A stretch of 64,000 nt of DNA from an uncultured Actinomycetes bacterium (GCA_963725665.1 CAVRZA010000001.1:1-64000), one strand, 5' to 3'. Positions 52,612 to 61,819 are shown, counted from the stretch's first letter. Numbers and translations are program-made. The notes: a model not told the origin generated them from the letters alone.

Positions 52612-52974
52612 ATGAAACCAACCACTGTCTGGATGGCCATCGTGCTGCTCGCCGTGGGTGCGTGTGGCCTCCTCGACGCCGCCGGCGTCGCCGACTCGAG
52701 CCAGACCATCGGCCAATGGTGGCCGCTTGCCGTGGTCGGCTGGGCGTTGTCGGAGATGCTGGCCACACGACGGCTGACTCTGGGCGGCGTCGTGTGCGCG
52801 GCCGTCGGCCTCGCGTTGCTGGCCGATGAGCAGGGCTGGGCGAGTGGTGTGTTTGTGTGGTCGTCGCTCGCCGTCTTCATCGGCCTCGCGATTCTCGCCG
52901 ATGCCAGCCTCCGGGGCGGTGGCCACAACGGTGATGACGCTCGCTCGGTCGCTGGCGGCGGAGCGGCGTCATGA
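52612..52974 (+). CDS. Small membrane protein (LiaF/DUF5668-like TM region)
   Basis: Four hydrophobic segments, a WWP motif and an AAGGAG RBS. Confidence 0.6.
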   Translation: MKPTTVWMAIVLLAVGACGLLDAAGVADSSQTIGQWWPLAVVGWALSEMLATRRLTLGGVVCAAVGLALLADEQGWASGVFVWSSLAVFIGLAILADASLRGGGHNGDDARSVAGGGAAS

Positions 52975-53411
52975 GCCGCCTGCCTCAGCTGGGTCGACGC
53001 GGCGAGGGATGGGTGGCGCTGCAGATGGTCCTCGTCGTCGCGATCAGCGCCACCGGAGCGCGCGGCAGAAGGTGGCCCTCAGCGCTACGTTCTCTGCGAC
53101 TGGGGGCGGCGGGTGTGAGGGGACTCATGGCCCTGTACCTCTTTGTCGCTGGGGTTGCGGCCCTGGGGCGGCAGATCACGCCCTTCCCCAAGCCGGTTGA
53201 GCAGGGCAGCGTGAAACGAAGCGGGGCCTACGGGCTGGTCCGCCATCCGATGTACGGCGGGGTGCTGCTGCTCACGCTGGCCTGGTCGTTGGTATCGTCG
53301 CCGCTGGCGCTTGGCCGGCGTCTGCGGCCTCGTCAGGGCGGTGAGCTCTCACGATCCGTCCCAACGGTTCGCCGTGCGCCGCACCGGGAAAACTCAGGCG
53401 TCCCCGCATAA
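52971..53411 (+). pseudogene. Isoprenylcysteine carboxyl methyltransferase/PEMT family protein, C-terminally truncated
   Basis: TPFPKP....SGAYGLVRHPMYGG; similarity ends near 53310, before the expected EE..L...Y..Y motif. Confidence 0.7.
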
Positions 53412-53428
53412 ATTAGGAGAGCTTGTCC

Positions 53429-53929
53429 ATGCCTACTGTAGAACAGTCCATCGACGTGAACGTCAACGTGACCACTGCGTACGACCAGTGGACCAGGTTC
53501 GAGAGCTTTCCCCAGTGGATGGAGGGAGTCGCGTCGGTCGACCAGATCGACACCAGCCACCTCCACTGGGTCGCCAAGGTCAGGAACGAGTTCGCCACGG
53601 CAAAGAACGAAACCCGTGAGTGGGACGCCCAAATCACAGAGCAGGCCCGTGACCAGCGCATCTCCTGGGAAAGCGTCGGCGGAAAGCCCGATGAGAAGCC
53701 CAACGCGGGGGCGGCCACGTTTGAGCCGCTCGGCGATTCGTCGTGCCGCGTCACCTTTCGGATGGACTGGGAGCCGGAAGGCGCGCTCGAGACGCCGAGC
53801 GAAGTGCTCGACGCGGTGCACCAGGTGGTGGCGGCGGACCTCGCGCGCTTCAAGGACTTCATCGAGGCGAGAGGCGACCAGACCGGCTCATGGCGAGGCG
53901 AGAAGCTTCTGAAGACAAGCGCCGGCTAA
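53429..53929 (+). CDS. SRPBCC (polyketide cyclase-like) family protein
   Basis: AYDQWT.FESFP.WMEGV..V, EWDA.ITEQ..DQRI.W and DL.RFK.FIE. Confidence 0.9.
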   Translation: MPTVEQSIDVNVNVTTAYDQWTRFESFPQWMEGVASVDQIDTSHLHWVAKVRNEFATAKNETREWDAQITEQARDQRISWESVGGKPDEKPNAGAATFEPLGDSSCRVTFRMDWEPEGALETPSEVLDAVHQVVAADLARFKDFIEARGDQTGSWRGEKLLKTSAG

Positions 53930-54842
53930 GTCAATCGCTCGGCTCGATCAAGAGCCGATTCAGGGAGTTGACCAAGATGAGCGATGTTTTGGGTTCCCGC
54001 AGAACGTATTCGAGACTGATCGGAGCGCTGTTTCTGTTGGGGTTTGTCACCTACGGAGTGGGCAGCCTCCTCGTGACTCACGTTCTCCGCGGTGCTGACC
54101 TACTTTCGACGATTTCCGCCCAGCAGACCACCCTGGCCCTCGGAGCCTTTCTGCTGTTGTTGAACTCGGTGGCGGATATTGGCAAAGGTGTCCTCTTCTT
54201 CCCAATTCTGGAGAACCACGGCAAGAGAACCGCGCTGGCCTACCTGGCCGCGATGATCGTCGAGGTAGTCCTGTTGGCCGTCGGGGCGCTCGGTGTGCTG
54301 ATGGTCATTCCCTTGAGCCGACACGGTGTTGACGCGGGTGTGGCGAGCGTGGTGGGGGCCAAGGCCCTCGCATCGGTCGCGACCCAGTGGAACACCATGG
54401 CCTACCAGATCGCAGAGATGTCGCTGGCATTCGGCGGCGTGTTCCTCTGTGCGCTGCTGTTCCGGACCTGGCTCATCCCTCGATTCCTCTCGGTGTGGGG
54501 CTTGATCGGCTACGCGCTCCTCATGGCGGGAGCCATCGCTGAGATCTTCGGGGTCCACATCGGCCTCGTGCTCTCGATCCCCGGTGGAGGCTTCGAAGTG
54601 GTGTTGGCCTTCTGGCTCATCATCAAGGGCTTCCAGCCGGAGGCCTACGGCCGTGATTCGAAGTCGCCGCTCGTGGGGCCGGCGGCAGAGCTGGACGCGG
54701 CAGCTTAGGGCCATGTGACGGGACCGCTGGACGCTGTCGAGTGGTCCCGTAACGGCCTGTGCGTTTCCCCTCAGAAACAAAGCACTGGCCAAGTCAATCG
54801 CTCGGCTCGATCAAGAGCCGACCTAGGGAGTTGATCGACATG
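53917..54842 (+). repeat. Duplicated ~63-bp structured leader (53917-53979 and 54780-54842)
   Basis: aagtcaatcgctcggctcgatcaagagccga-N3-agggagttga-N5-atg precedes two consecutive genes. Confidence 0.9.
53977..54708 (+). CDS. DUF4386 family membrane protein
   Basis: Multi-TM protein; R..GALFL, LIPRFLSVWGLIGY and PGG.FE..LAFWLIIKGF. Confidence 0.8.
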   Translation: MSDVLGSRRTYSRLIGALFLLGFVTYGVGSLLVTHVLRGADLLSTISAQQTTLALGAFLLLLNSVADIGKGVLFFPILENHGKRTALAYLAAMIVEVVLLAVGALGVLMVIPLSRHGVDAGVASVVGAKALASVATQWNTMAYQIAEMSLAFGGVFLCALLFRTWLIPRFLSVWGLIGYALLMAGAIAEIFGVHIGLVLSIPGGGFEVVLAFWLIIKGFQPEAYGRDSKSPLVGPAAELDAAA

Positions 54843-55844
54843 AAGGCGATAGTGCAGGACAGGTACGGGTCGTTCGCGGCCCTGGAAAGCAGGGACATCG
54901 CCAAGCCCGAGATCGGTGAGCACGAGGTGCTGGTGCGGGTGGCTGCCGCGGGCCTCCACATCGGCGACTGCTTCGGCGTGAAGGGCGCGCCGCTGCTCAT
55001 GCGTCTGGAGAGCGGCCTGCTGCGACCGAAGAACGGCGTGCCGGGATACGACTTCGCGGGGCGGGTCGAGGCGGTCGGACCCGGCGTGGCTGCGTTCCAG
55101 CCCGGCGATGAGGTGTTCGGCGCGACCAAGGGCACCTGTGCCGAGTATGTGCCCGTTGCCGAAGACAAGCTCGCCCTAAAGCCGGCCAACCTCTCCTACG
55201 AGCAGGCGGCCGCCTTGCCCACGTCGGCCCTCGCGGCGTTGCACGGCCTGCGTGACGCCGGCAAGCTGCAGCCCGGTCAGAAGGTCCTCATCAACGGCGC
55301 CTCGGGCGGCGTCGGCAGCTTCGCCGTGCAGATCGCCAAGGCCTTCGGGGCGGAGGTGACCGGCGTGACAAGCACGAACAACGTGGAGATGGTGCGCTCG
55401 CTCGGCGCCGACCACGTGATCGACTACACGCGGGAGGACTTCACCACGGGCGGGCCGCGCTACGACCTCATCTTCGACAACGTGGAGAACCGCTCGCTGC
55501 GCGACTGCCGGCGGGCGCTCACGCCCGACGGCACTCTCGTTCTAAACAGTGGCACGGGGGCCCACGGGCTCGCCATGCTGGTGCGCCTTCTCCGGCCACT
55601 GGTGCTGTCGCCGTTCCTGCATCAGAATCTGCGCCGCTATCTCTCGCACCCGAATCGCACCGACCTGAACGTCCTGAAGGCGCTCGCGGAAGAGGGGAAG
55701 CTCAGGCCGGTCATCGATCGCACCTACCCGCTCGGGGATACCGCTACGGCGCTTCGCCACATCGAGGCGGGACACACTCGCGGGAAGGTCGTCGTCAGCG
55801 TGTCAGACGCCGTCGCCCGCGAGGATCAACGGAAGACAGCCTGA
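54840..55844 (+). CDS. NAD(P)-dependent medium-chain dehydrogenase/quinone oxidoreductase
   Basis: MKAIVQDRYG, INGASGGVG.FAVQIAK, LGADHVIDYT and GKVV. Confidence 0.93.
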   Translation: MKAIVQDRYGSFAALESRDIAKPEIGEHEVLVRVAAAGLHIGDCFGVKGAPLLMRLESGLLRPKNGVPGYDFAGRVEAVGPGVAAFQPGDEVFGATKGTCAEYVPVAEDKLALKPANLSYEQAAALPTSALAALHGLRDAGKLQPGQKVLINGASGGVGSFAVQIAKAFGAEVTGVTSTNNVEMVRSLGADHVIDYTREDFTTGGPRYDLIFDNVENRSLRDCRRALTPDGTLVLNSGTGAHGLAMLVRLLRPLVLSPFLHQNLRRYLSHPNRTDLNVLKALAEEGKLRPVIDRTYPLGDTATALRHIEAGHTRGKVVVSVSDAVAREDQRKTA

Positions 55845-56036
55845 AAGGGCAGGAGCCGCCGCCCCAGGAGCCGTTTCTGGCGCAACCACGCAACTATCCA
55901 GCCTCAACAATTGGCGCCACCATTGGGGGCGGAGGTCAGAGCACGACGGAGCGGCGCCGGCGGTCCGACAAAGCGTCGCCTTAAACAGGCCCGGGAAAGC
56001 AGTCATTGCGGGACTTGCCGACAGGAAGGAGAGCAC

Positions 56037-56450
56037 GTGGCAGCCCAACCAGAACCCACGCCAATGCCGGATATGCGACTTGAGCTGGTACCCGTGCCAG
56101 TGTCGGACGTGGATCGCGCCAAGGCCTTCTATCAGAAGATCGGGTTCGGCAACGTGCATGACACGCAGGTGACCGACACCATGAGGGTGGTGCAGTTCAC
56201 CCCACCCGGCTCTTCGTGCGCCATCGTCTTCGGCACCGGCATGGGGCCAATCACCGACATGCAACCCGGATCCGTCAAGGGTCTGCATCTCGTCGTGAAG
56301 GACATCGACGAGGCTCGCGAGGCGCTCATTGAGCGAGGTGCCGATGTCGGCGAGGTCAATGACATTGGAGGCGTCAAGTACGCCTGGTTCAGCGATCCCG
56401 ACGGCAATCTCTGGGGCCTGCAGCAATGGCCCGAGGGCTATGAAGGTTAG
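56037..56450 (+). CDS. VOC (glyoxalase/bleomycin resistance) family protein
   Basis: VPVSDVDRAKAFY, QFTPPGS and F.DPDGN.W. Confidence 0.9.
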   Translation: MAAQPEPTPMPDMRLELVPVPVSDVDRAKAFYQKIGFGNVHDTQVTDTMRVVQFTPPGSSCAIVFGTGMGPITDMQPGSVKGLHLVVKDIDEAREALIERGADVGEVNDIGGVKYAWFSDPDGNLWGLQQWPEGYEG

Positions 56451-56525
56451 TGGAAACGCCAGCCGGACGATCAGCTTCTGACGTCACTTAGCTAAAGCGG
56501 GGACCCGATCGAAAGGACACGAGAG

Positions 56526-57137
56526 ATGAGAAAGCTGATCGTGAGCACCTTCTTGACCCTCGACGGGGTCATGCAGGCCCCGGGCGGACCTGGAGAGGAC
56601 GACAGCGGCGGCTTCGCGCACGGTGGCTGGTCGGTGAACTATTGGGACGAGCAGATGGGTCAGGTCATGGGCGAGGCGATGAGCGCGCCGTTCGACCTCC
56701 TTCTCGGACGCAAGACCTACGACATCTTCGCCGCATATTGGCCACGCGCCTCAGACGATGCCGGCGCCAAGCCATCGAACGACGCCACCAAGTACGTCGC
56801 CTCGCGGGGTCATCCCACGCTGCAGTGGAGCAGCTCGGTCCTGATCGAGGGTGACGCCGCCGAAGGCATCGCGGCGCTCAAGAAGGGAGATGGACCAGAG
56901 CTGCAGGTGCATGGCAGCGGGAATCTGATCCAGACGCTCTTGCGCCACCACCTTGTCGACCAGTACCGCCTGTGGGTCTTCCCCCTCGTCATCGGGTCGG
57001 GCAAACGCCTGTTCTCCGACGGCACCATCCCCTCCGGGCTGAAACTCGTCGACAGCAAGGTCTCCACCACCGGAGTCGTGATCGGTATCTACGAGCCGGC
57101 AGGCGAGATCGTCACAGGATCGTTCGCGCTGGACTGA
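56526..57137 (+). CDS. Dihydrofolate reductase family (RibD C-terminal-like) protein
   Basis: TLDGVMQAPGG, LLLGRKTY, VHGSG.L and P...G.GKRLF. Confidence 0.92.
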   Translation: MRKLIVSTFLTLDGVMQAPGGPGEDDSGGFAHGGWSVNYWDEQMGQVMGEAMSAPFDLLLGRKTYDIFAAYWPRASDDAGAKPSNDATKYVASRGHPTLQWSSSVLIEGDAAEGIAALKKGDGPELQVHGSGNLIQTLLRHHLVDQYRLWVFPLVIGSGKRLFSDGTIPSGLKLVDSKVSTTGVVIGIYEPAGEIVTGSFALD

Positions 57138-57461
57138 CCGCGCTCGGAAACACTCACCGAGCATGAACCGCCTTAATGGGGCGGTAACGAAATGGCCTTC
57201 GAGACGCCTCGGTGAGCGTGGAGGGAGGGGAGTAATCCCCTCTCCCATGGCCACGCGCAACCACCCTGCAACCCTTTGACTCCAGGGAGCCCCCTCCACA
57301 CGCACGTTGGGCCGGCATTTTGGAGGGAAGGGAGGGGGCTCTTGGGGGTCGGCTTGGGTTGCCAGCGTGCCGCCGGTCGCTCGCCACTGGCACGGCGGCA
57401 GCGGCGACGAACCCGGGAGAGATCCCTCGCCCCTACCCTCCGCTGGCCACAAGCCCCAGAA

Positions 57462-57552
57462 CATGTCGGCACGGCGATGGCTTCCGTGGCCTACGGAAGG
57501 CATCTCCGTCGCGCTTTCAGATATCGAGGGGTATTCCGGGCCGCCTCCGCGC
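57462..57552 (+). repeat. Palindromic intergenic repeat, copy C
   Basis: ggcttccgtggcctacggaaggcatctc...agatatcgaggggtattccgggccgcc. Confidence 0.85.
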
Positions 57553-57699
57553 TCACCGATGGGCGACCACCCCGAGAGCGGCGGCCATCGGGGTGGTCGC
57601 ATTGGCTTCGACCCGGTCGTGTCGTCGTGTCGGTGAGCAGAGCAAGCACCGGTACGGACACTTAGCAGGACAGTGCTCCCCCGCTCTGCCCCGCGATGG

Positions 57700-58077
57700 C
57701 TACTGCGCCGGCCGCAGCCGAAACGCTGACCAGGTGTCGTCGATGCCCACGAGACCCAGCGGCCGCATCTCCATCCTCTCGGCGATCGCCCAGATGCTGT
57801 CGCGGTTCATGTCGAGGCCTGCCGCCTTCGACCCCTTGCGGTAGAAGACCCAGATCGCAGCCCCGGGAGCCAGCCGCTCGACTACTGGTGGCAGCTGCGA
57901 TTCGAGCTCCGCGCGAGTGTTCACGAACAGGAACACGAGCTGGGCATCGGCGGGCTCGACGAACGTGACGTCCTCAGGCAGCCCCAACGACTCGACGACG
58001 CCGGGGACCCGGTGCAGGACGGCGATCCTGGTCCCTGGCTTGATGCGCGCCTTCTCGGCGACGCTCCTCTCGCTCAC
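57700..58077 (-). CDS. DUF3052-like small hypothetical protein
   Basis: SVAEK..IKPG, L.PG.AIWV.Y.K, D.NRD and IDD.WSAFR; GAAGGAGG RBS. Confidence 0.7.
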   Translation of the reverse strand: MSERSVAEKARIKPGTRIAVLHRVPGVVESLGLPEDVTFVEPADAQLVFLFVNTRAELESQLPPVVERLAPGAAIWVFYRKGSKAAGLDMNRDSIWAIAERMEMRPLGLVGIDDTWSAFRLRPAQ

Positions 58078-58225
58078 ATTGCCTCCTTCGAGGGTGATGA
58101 GGGTGGGCGAATCACAATCGATGTACCCGATTGACGTATGCAATCCCACCCCGACAGGTTCGTCGATGGGGTTGGCGGAATCGGGTAGTTCTCACGGAGG
58201 TTGACGAGCGTCGGCCCCGGCCGTG

Positions 58226-58327
58226 GCTGATCTGGTCTGCGCGCAGAGAGGCCTTCCCTGGCCCAAGGAAGGTATCTCGGAGACGCTCTGAGATATCGAG
58301 GGGGTATTCTGGGCCGCCTCGAGGCCC
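58226..58327 (+). repeat. Palindromic intergenic repeat, copy D
   Basis: gaggccttccctggcccaaggaaggtatctcggagacgctctgagatatcgagggggtattctgggccgcc. Confidence 0.85.
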
Positions 58328-58895
58328 AGGGCGCGACAGCCGAAGCCTTAGAGAGCACTGTAGCCCATGCATCTCCGCAGCGCGTTCGTACAACCTGCTT
58401 CAAACGATAAACCGGGTGCTTCGTCGGCAAGACATCCCACCACGGACGTCGACGTGACGGCCTTCGGAAATGGCTGTGCGGCGAGCGGACGTTGGCGGCA
58501 TGAGTGCAGTCCTGCCACTCCTGCTGCTCCCCGTTGTCTGAAATGGTTACAGCAGGCCGTGTTCCGAGGGAGACTAGGGAGGCACGCTACGCCCTCCCGT
58601 GCGTGGTGCGTGCAGGGCCGCCGAGGTGCGGGAACTCGGTGACCGTTCTGTGCTGGAGGGAAGCGGGCCGCGACTGTCTTCCCGCTCGTCAGCGCCAGCG
58701 TAGCCGCTGCCCTCACGGGTGGCGGGCCTTCTGCTGCCCCGTCAGACGGCGAGCGCCGCGCCTCGCTCACGTCCGCCAGTGGCGCCGCGGAGATAGAAGC
58801 GGCCAAGACCTGACGCGCCCCGGGCGGTGTCGCCGCAGAACGACACCGCCCGGTCTTGACCACCGCCTACGTGCGGCGGCCGTCTCTGCTCTTGT

Positions 58896-59531
58896 TCAGG
58901 CAGCGCTGCACAGCGGGTCTTCGGGGTGCTGTGCGCAGTAGGTCGCCGACGCGAGCGCGCCGGGCCGCCGGCGACGGCGAGCCAGTGCCCACGCGGCGAT
59001 GACGACGATGAGCGCGGCCGCGGCCGAGCCGGCAACGATCCAGGTGGTCGTGGAAGACGTGCCCGACGAGGCAGGGGCCTGCGCGGCCGCAATCGTGCCG
59101 CTCCCTGCGACGGTGTTCGACACGTTGTTGAAGTGGTGCCGGTGCAGGATCAGGGCCTGCGCGGCCGCCTCGCGTAACGCGGTCGCCACGCTCGTGGACG
59201 ACCCGCCGGGGACGTAGTTGGCGCCCCAGGCCCACCCGGTCGGCAGCTGCGCGGTCGCCACGCTCGTGGACGACCCGCCGGGGACGTAGTTGGCGCCCCA
59301 GGCCCACCCGGTCGGCAGCTGCGCGGTCGCCACACGGGGCGCGTACGGCCCGATGCCCTGATGCTGTTGGACCTGAGCCAGCGTCGGCAGCTGCAGGGTG
59401 TTGAACGTGCTCGTGCCCGACCCCGTCCCCTGTGCAGCCTGCGCGGCCTGGACGCCCAGCGAGACCACGAGCAGCGACAACAGGAGCACGCCCGAAAAAC
59501 GCACGAGCCGTTTCTGTGCTGAAGTGTGCAT
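58896..59531 (-). CDS. Secreted, C-terminally membrane-anchored protein with a tandem 24-aa repeat
   Basis: Signal peptide ending AQA; 2x VATAQLPTGWAWGANYVPGGSSTS; TM followed by RRRRR; tail YCAQHPEDPLC; GGAGGTG RBS. Confidence 0.75.
   Translation of the reverse strand: MHTSAQKRLVRFSGVLLLSLLVVSLGVQAAQAAQGTGSGTSTFNTLQLPTLAQVQQHQGIGPYAPRVATAQLPTGWAWGANYVPGGSSTSVATAQLPTGWAWGANYVPGGSSTSVATALREAAAQALILHRHHFNNVSNTVAGSGTIAAAQAPASSGTSSTTTWIVAGSAAAALIVVIAAWALARRRRRPGALASATYCAQHPEDPLCSAA
59178..59333. repeat. Exact 72-bp tandem repeat (about 2.2 copies)
   Basis: Units start at 59178, 59250 and 59322 (partial). Confidence 0.95.
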
Positions 59532-59933
59532 ATCCTCACCTCCCGGAAGCCGACGCTGCCGTCGCGGCAGGGCCAGCGACCCCTTTGAGACGGGAAACCC
59601 GACCAACAGGGGTTTCTGGCCCCCGATAGGCCCCAGATAAACCCTATCTCCGCAGGGTTAACATTTCGGTGACCGACCTCGCCCGTGCCAACTCATCGTC
59701 AGCCCTTGCAGCTTGACCGGGGCGTGCCCTACGGTCGCACCTGACCGGACGATCTGTGCGTGTGGGCGAAGTCTCGGCTCAGCACTGAGCAGGGCAGGCG
59801 GGCGTGAAGGCAATAGGGGCGCGACCGTCTACCCGAACGTCAGCGCCAGCGTGGCCGGCCCCGGTCGGTTAGCGCAAGCGGGCGCGCTGGCGGGTGGCCG
59901 CCAAGCAACATGACAATGGGCACTCAGCTCGGC

Positions 59934-60383
59934 CTAGGCTCTTGACCCAGTGCGCACATCCTCGAGCAGGCCGCTAATGGTCAAGCGAAGGCCCTCTTTA
60001 TGGACCTCGTCCGGGTACGCGAACGCGAAGGCGTGCCGGTACAACCGGACGTTGGGTCGCTCTTCCTTGTGGGCTTGAAAACGGAAGGCCTTCTCGGCTG
60101 CCGCGACGTATTCGTGTGGCTGGCCCGTGCGCTCCGCCTCCTGCTTCTCGTCCATGCTCAGTGGCGCAAACGCGCCGATTCTCCGGAGCATGACCATGTC
60201 CGTCGGCTCGCTCCAGCCAAACACCGTGGGGTTCGTGGCCATGGCGCGTTGAAACTCGAAGATCTCGTCGCCGAGAAACAGCACTTCCTTCTCCCTCCTG
60301 GCCAACAGCGTCGCCAGGTCGGCTCCTTCTTCGGCGCCTGGCAGGCGCCAGTCGGGTTTCTGCTGCTGCTGCTCACCGTTCAC
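59934..60383 (-). CDS. Hypothetical protein
   Basis: 149-aa ORF with a GAGGGGGAG RBS and plausible composition. Confidence 0.6.
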   Translation of the reverse strand: MNGEQQQQKPDWRLPGAEEGADLATLLARREKEVLFLGDEIFEFQRAMATNPTVFGWSEPTDMVMLRRIGAFAPLSMDEKQEAERTGQPHEYVAAAEKAFRFQAHKEERPNVRLYRHAFAFAYPDEVHKEGLRLTISGLLEDVRTGSRA

Positions 60384-60775
60384 GACTCCCCCTCTCCGGT
60401 GTGTGCGGGATTCACGCGGAAGCTAGTAGGGGGCCGACCGAGGCGCTTATGGCGACCGCAGACGGGTCTCGCGGCCGGCCCGGGGAAAGCGTACGTCGGC
60501 GCGCTGGCGGGCGCCAGGGTGACAACAGGCCATTGATTGCCTCGAGGTAGGGGGGTGTCTATCCTCTTCCCAGCATAAGGCCCGCCGGGTGTTGGCGTGG
60601 CGTAGAGGAAAGAGGAAGCTCAGTCTCACCCGGACGTCACCCCGGGCCAAGCCTGAGCTATGCCTCGCCTGGCTCGCCACGCTCCGTACTCCGGCGGGCC
60701 ACTGAATACTATCGCCTTCCAGCACCCGTTGCCCAGTGAGACAACAACCGCTTGCGCAGGGCAGGTGTTTCGAGC

Positions 60776-60961
60776 TGGTAGCGCATACCGGATTCGAACC
60801 GGTGTTACCGCCGTGAGAGGGCGCCTATCAGTCTGCTAATGGGTGCTACCGAGTGCTTCTGAGAGCCATCCTGAGCGTGGAAAATCGGAGTCGAGTGCCA
60901 GTTAGAGGTACTGAGAGCCAACCAGTGCCGCTGAGTCTGGTTGCAGACGGGTTGCGGACGG
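60776..60961 (-). repeat. tRNA-Glu(CTC) 3' fragment with conserved flank and tandem 11-mer (att-like scar, copy 4)
   Basis: Reverse complement of 60776-60823 is CGCCCTCTCACGGCGGTAACACCGGTTCGAATCCGGTATGCGCTACCA: anticodon arm (CTC), T arm and CCA, with no 5' half. Confidence 0.9.
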
Positions 60962-61177
60962 GACCGTGCAAGCTCTGCCTTGAGACCGGCCCCTCCACTT
61001 GTAGTAGTTGAAAGCAAGCGCTGTGCGGTGAGGTGGCAGACAAGTCGGTCGAGCTTCCCTCCTCCGGCCGCCGATGCCAAGGTGACACGGCAGGCGGTAG
61101 GTCAAAAGGCGTATCCTATGGGGGTTTCGAGAGTGTTTAGGGGGAGTCCTGGGGTTTTGAGCGGTGCAAGAGAGACA

Positions 61178-61819
61178 GTGACGGGTGAGGGTCCTATCCG
61201 CGTCATGATCGTGGACGACCACGCCGTCGTCAGAAGCGGCCTCTCCGCCTTCCTGTTCGCATTCGATGACCTCGAATGCGTGGGAGAGGCCACGGGGGGT
61301 GCGGACGCGGTCCGCAAGTGCGTCTTGCTCAAACCCGACGTCATCCTCATGGACCTCGTCATGCCTGACGTGGACGGCGCCGAAGCCACCCGCCGCATCA
61401 AGGAGACATGCCCCGACGTCCAGGTGATCGCCCTCACCAGCTACAAGGAGGACGATCTGGTCCAGGGGGCGCTCAAGGCCGGTGCCATCAGCTATCTGCT
61501 GAAGAACGTCTCCGCCGACGAGCTCGCCAACGCGATCCGGGCGGCGCACGCGGGTCGCTCCACGCTGGCGCCTGAGGCAGCCCAAGTATTGATCAAGGCG
61601 GCGACCGAGCCGCCGGCTGCCGAGGAGGGGCTCACGAGCAGGGAGCTCGACATTCTCAGGCTGATGGTGGCCGGCGAGAGCAACCCCGACATCGCGGCCA
61701 AGCTCTTCGTGAGCCGGTCCACGGTCAAGTTCCATGTGAGCAACATCCTGATGAAGCTGGGAGCTACCAGCCGCACCGAGGCGGTCGCCATGGCCCTGCA
61801 GAAGAAGCTGGTGGAATGA
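61178..61819 (+). CDS. NarL/LuxR family response regulator
   Basis: IVDDHAVVR.GL, PDVILMDL.MP and LTSRE...STVKFHVSNIL.KL. Confidence 0.95.
   Translation: MTGEGPIRVMIVDDHAVVRSGLSAFLFAFDDLECVGEATGGADAVRKCVLLKPDVILMDLVMPDVDGAEATRRIKETCPDVQVIALTSYKEDDLVQGALKAGAISYLLKNVSADELANAIRAAHAGRSTLAPEAAQVLIKAATEPPAAEEGLTSRELDILRLMVAGESNPDIAAKLFVSRSTVKFHVSNILMKLGATSRTEAVAMALQKKLVE

Noticed and set aside
46181-58327. CRISPR array or integron attC array
   Set aside because: Spacing is irregular (0.4 to 11 kb), there are no 30-40 bp spacers, no cas or intI gene is visible, and attC core ends are absent.
60776-60823. Intact tRNA-Glu gene
   Set aside because: Only the anticodon arm through CCA is present; the D arm and 5' acceptor strand are replaced by unrelated flank.
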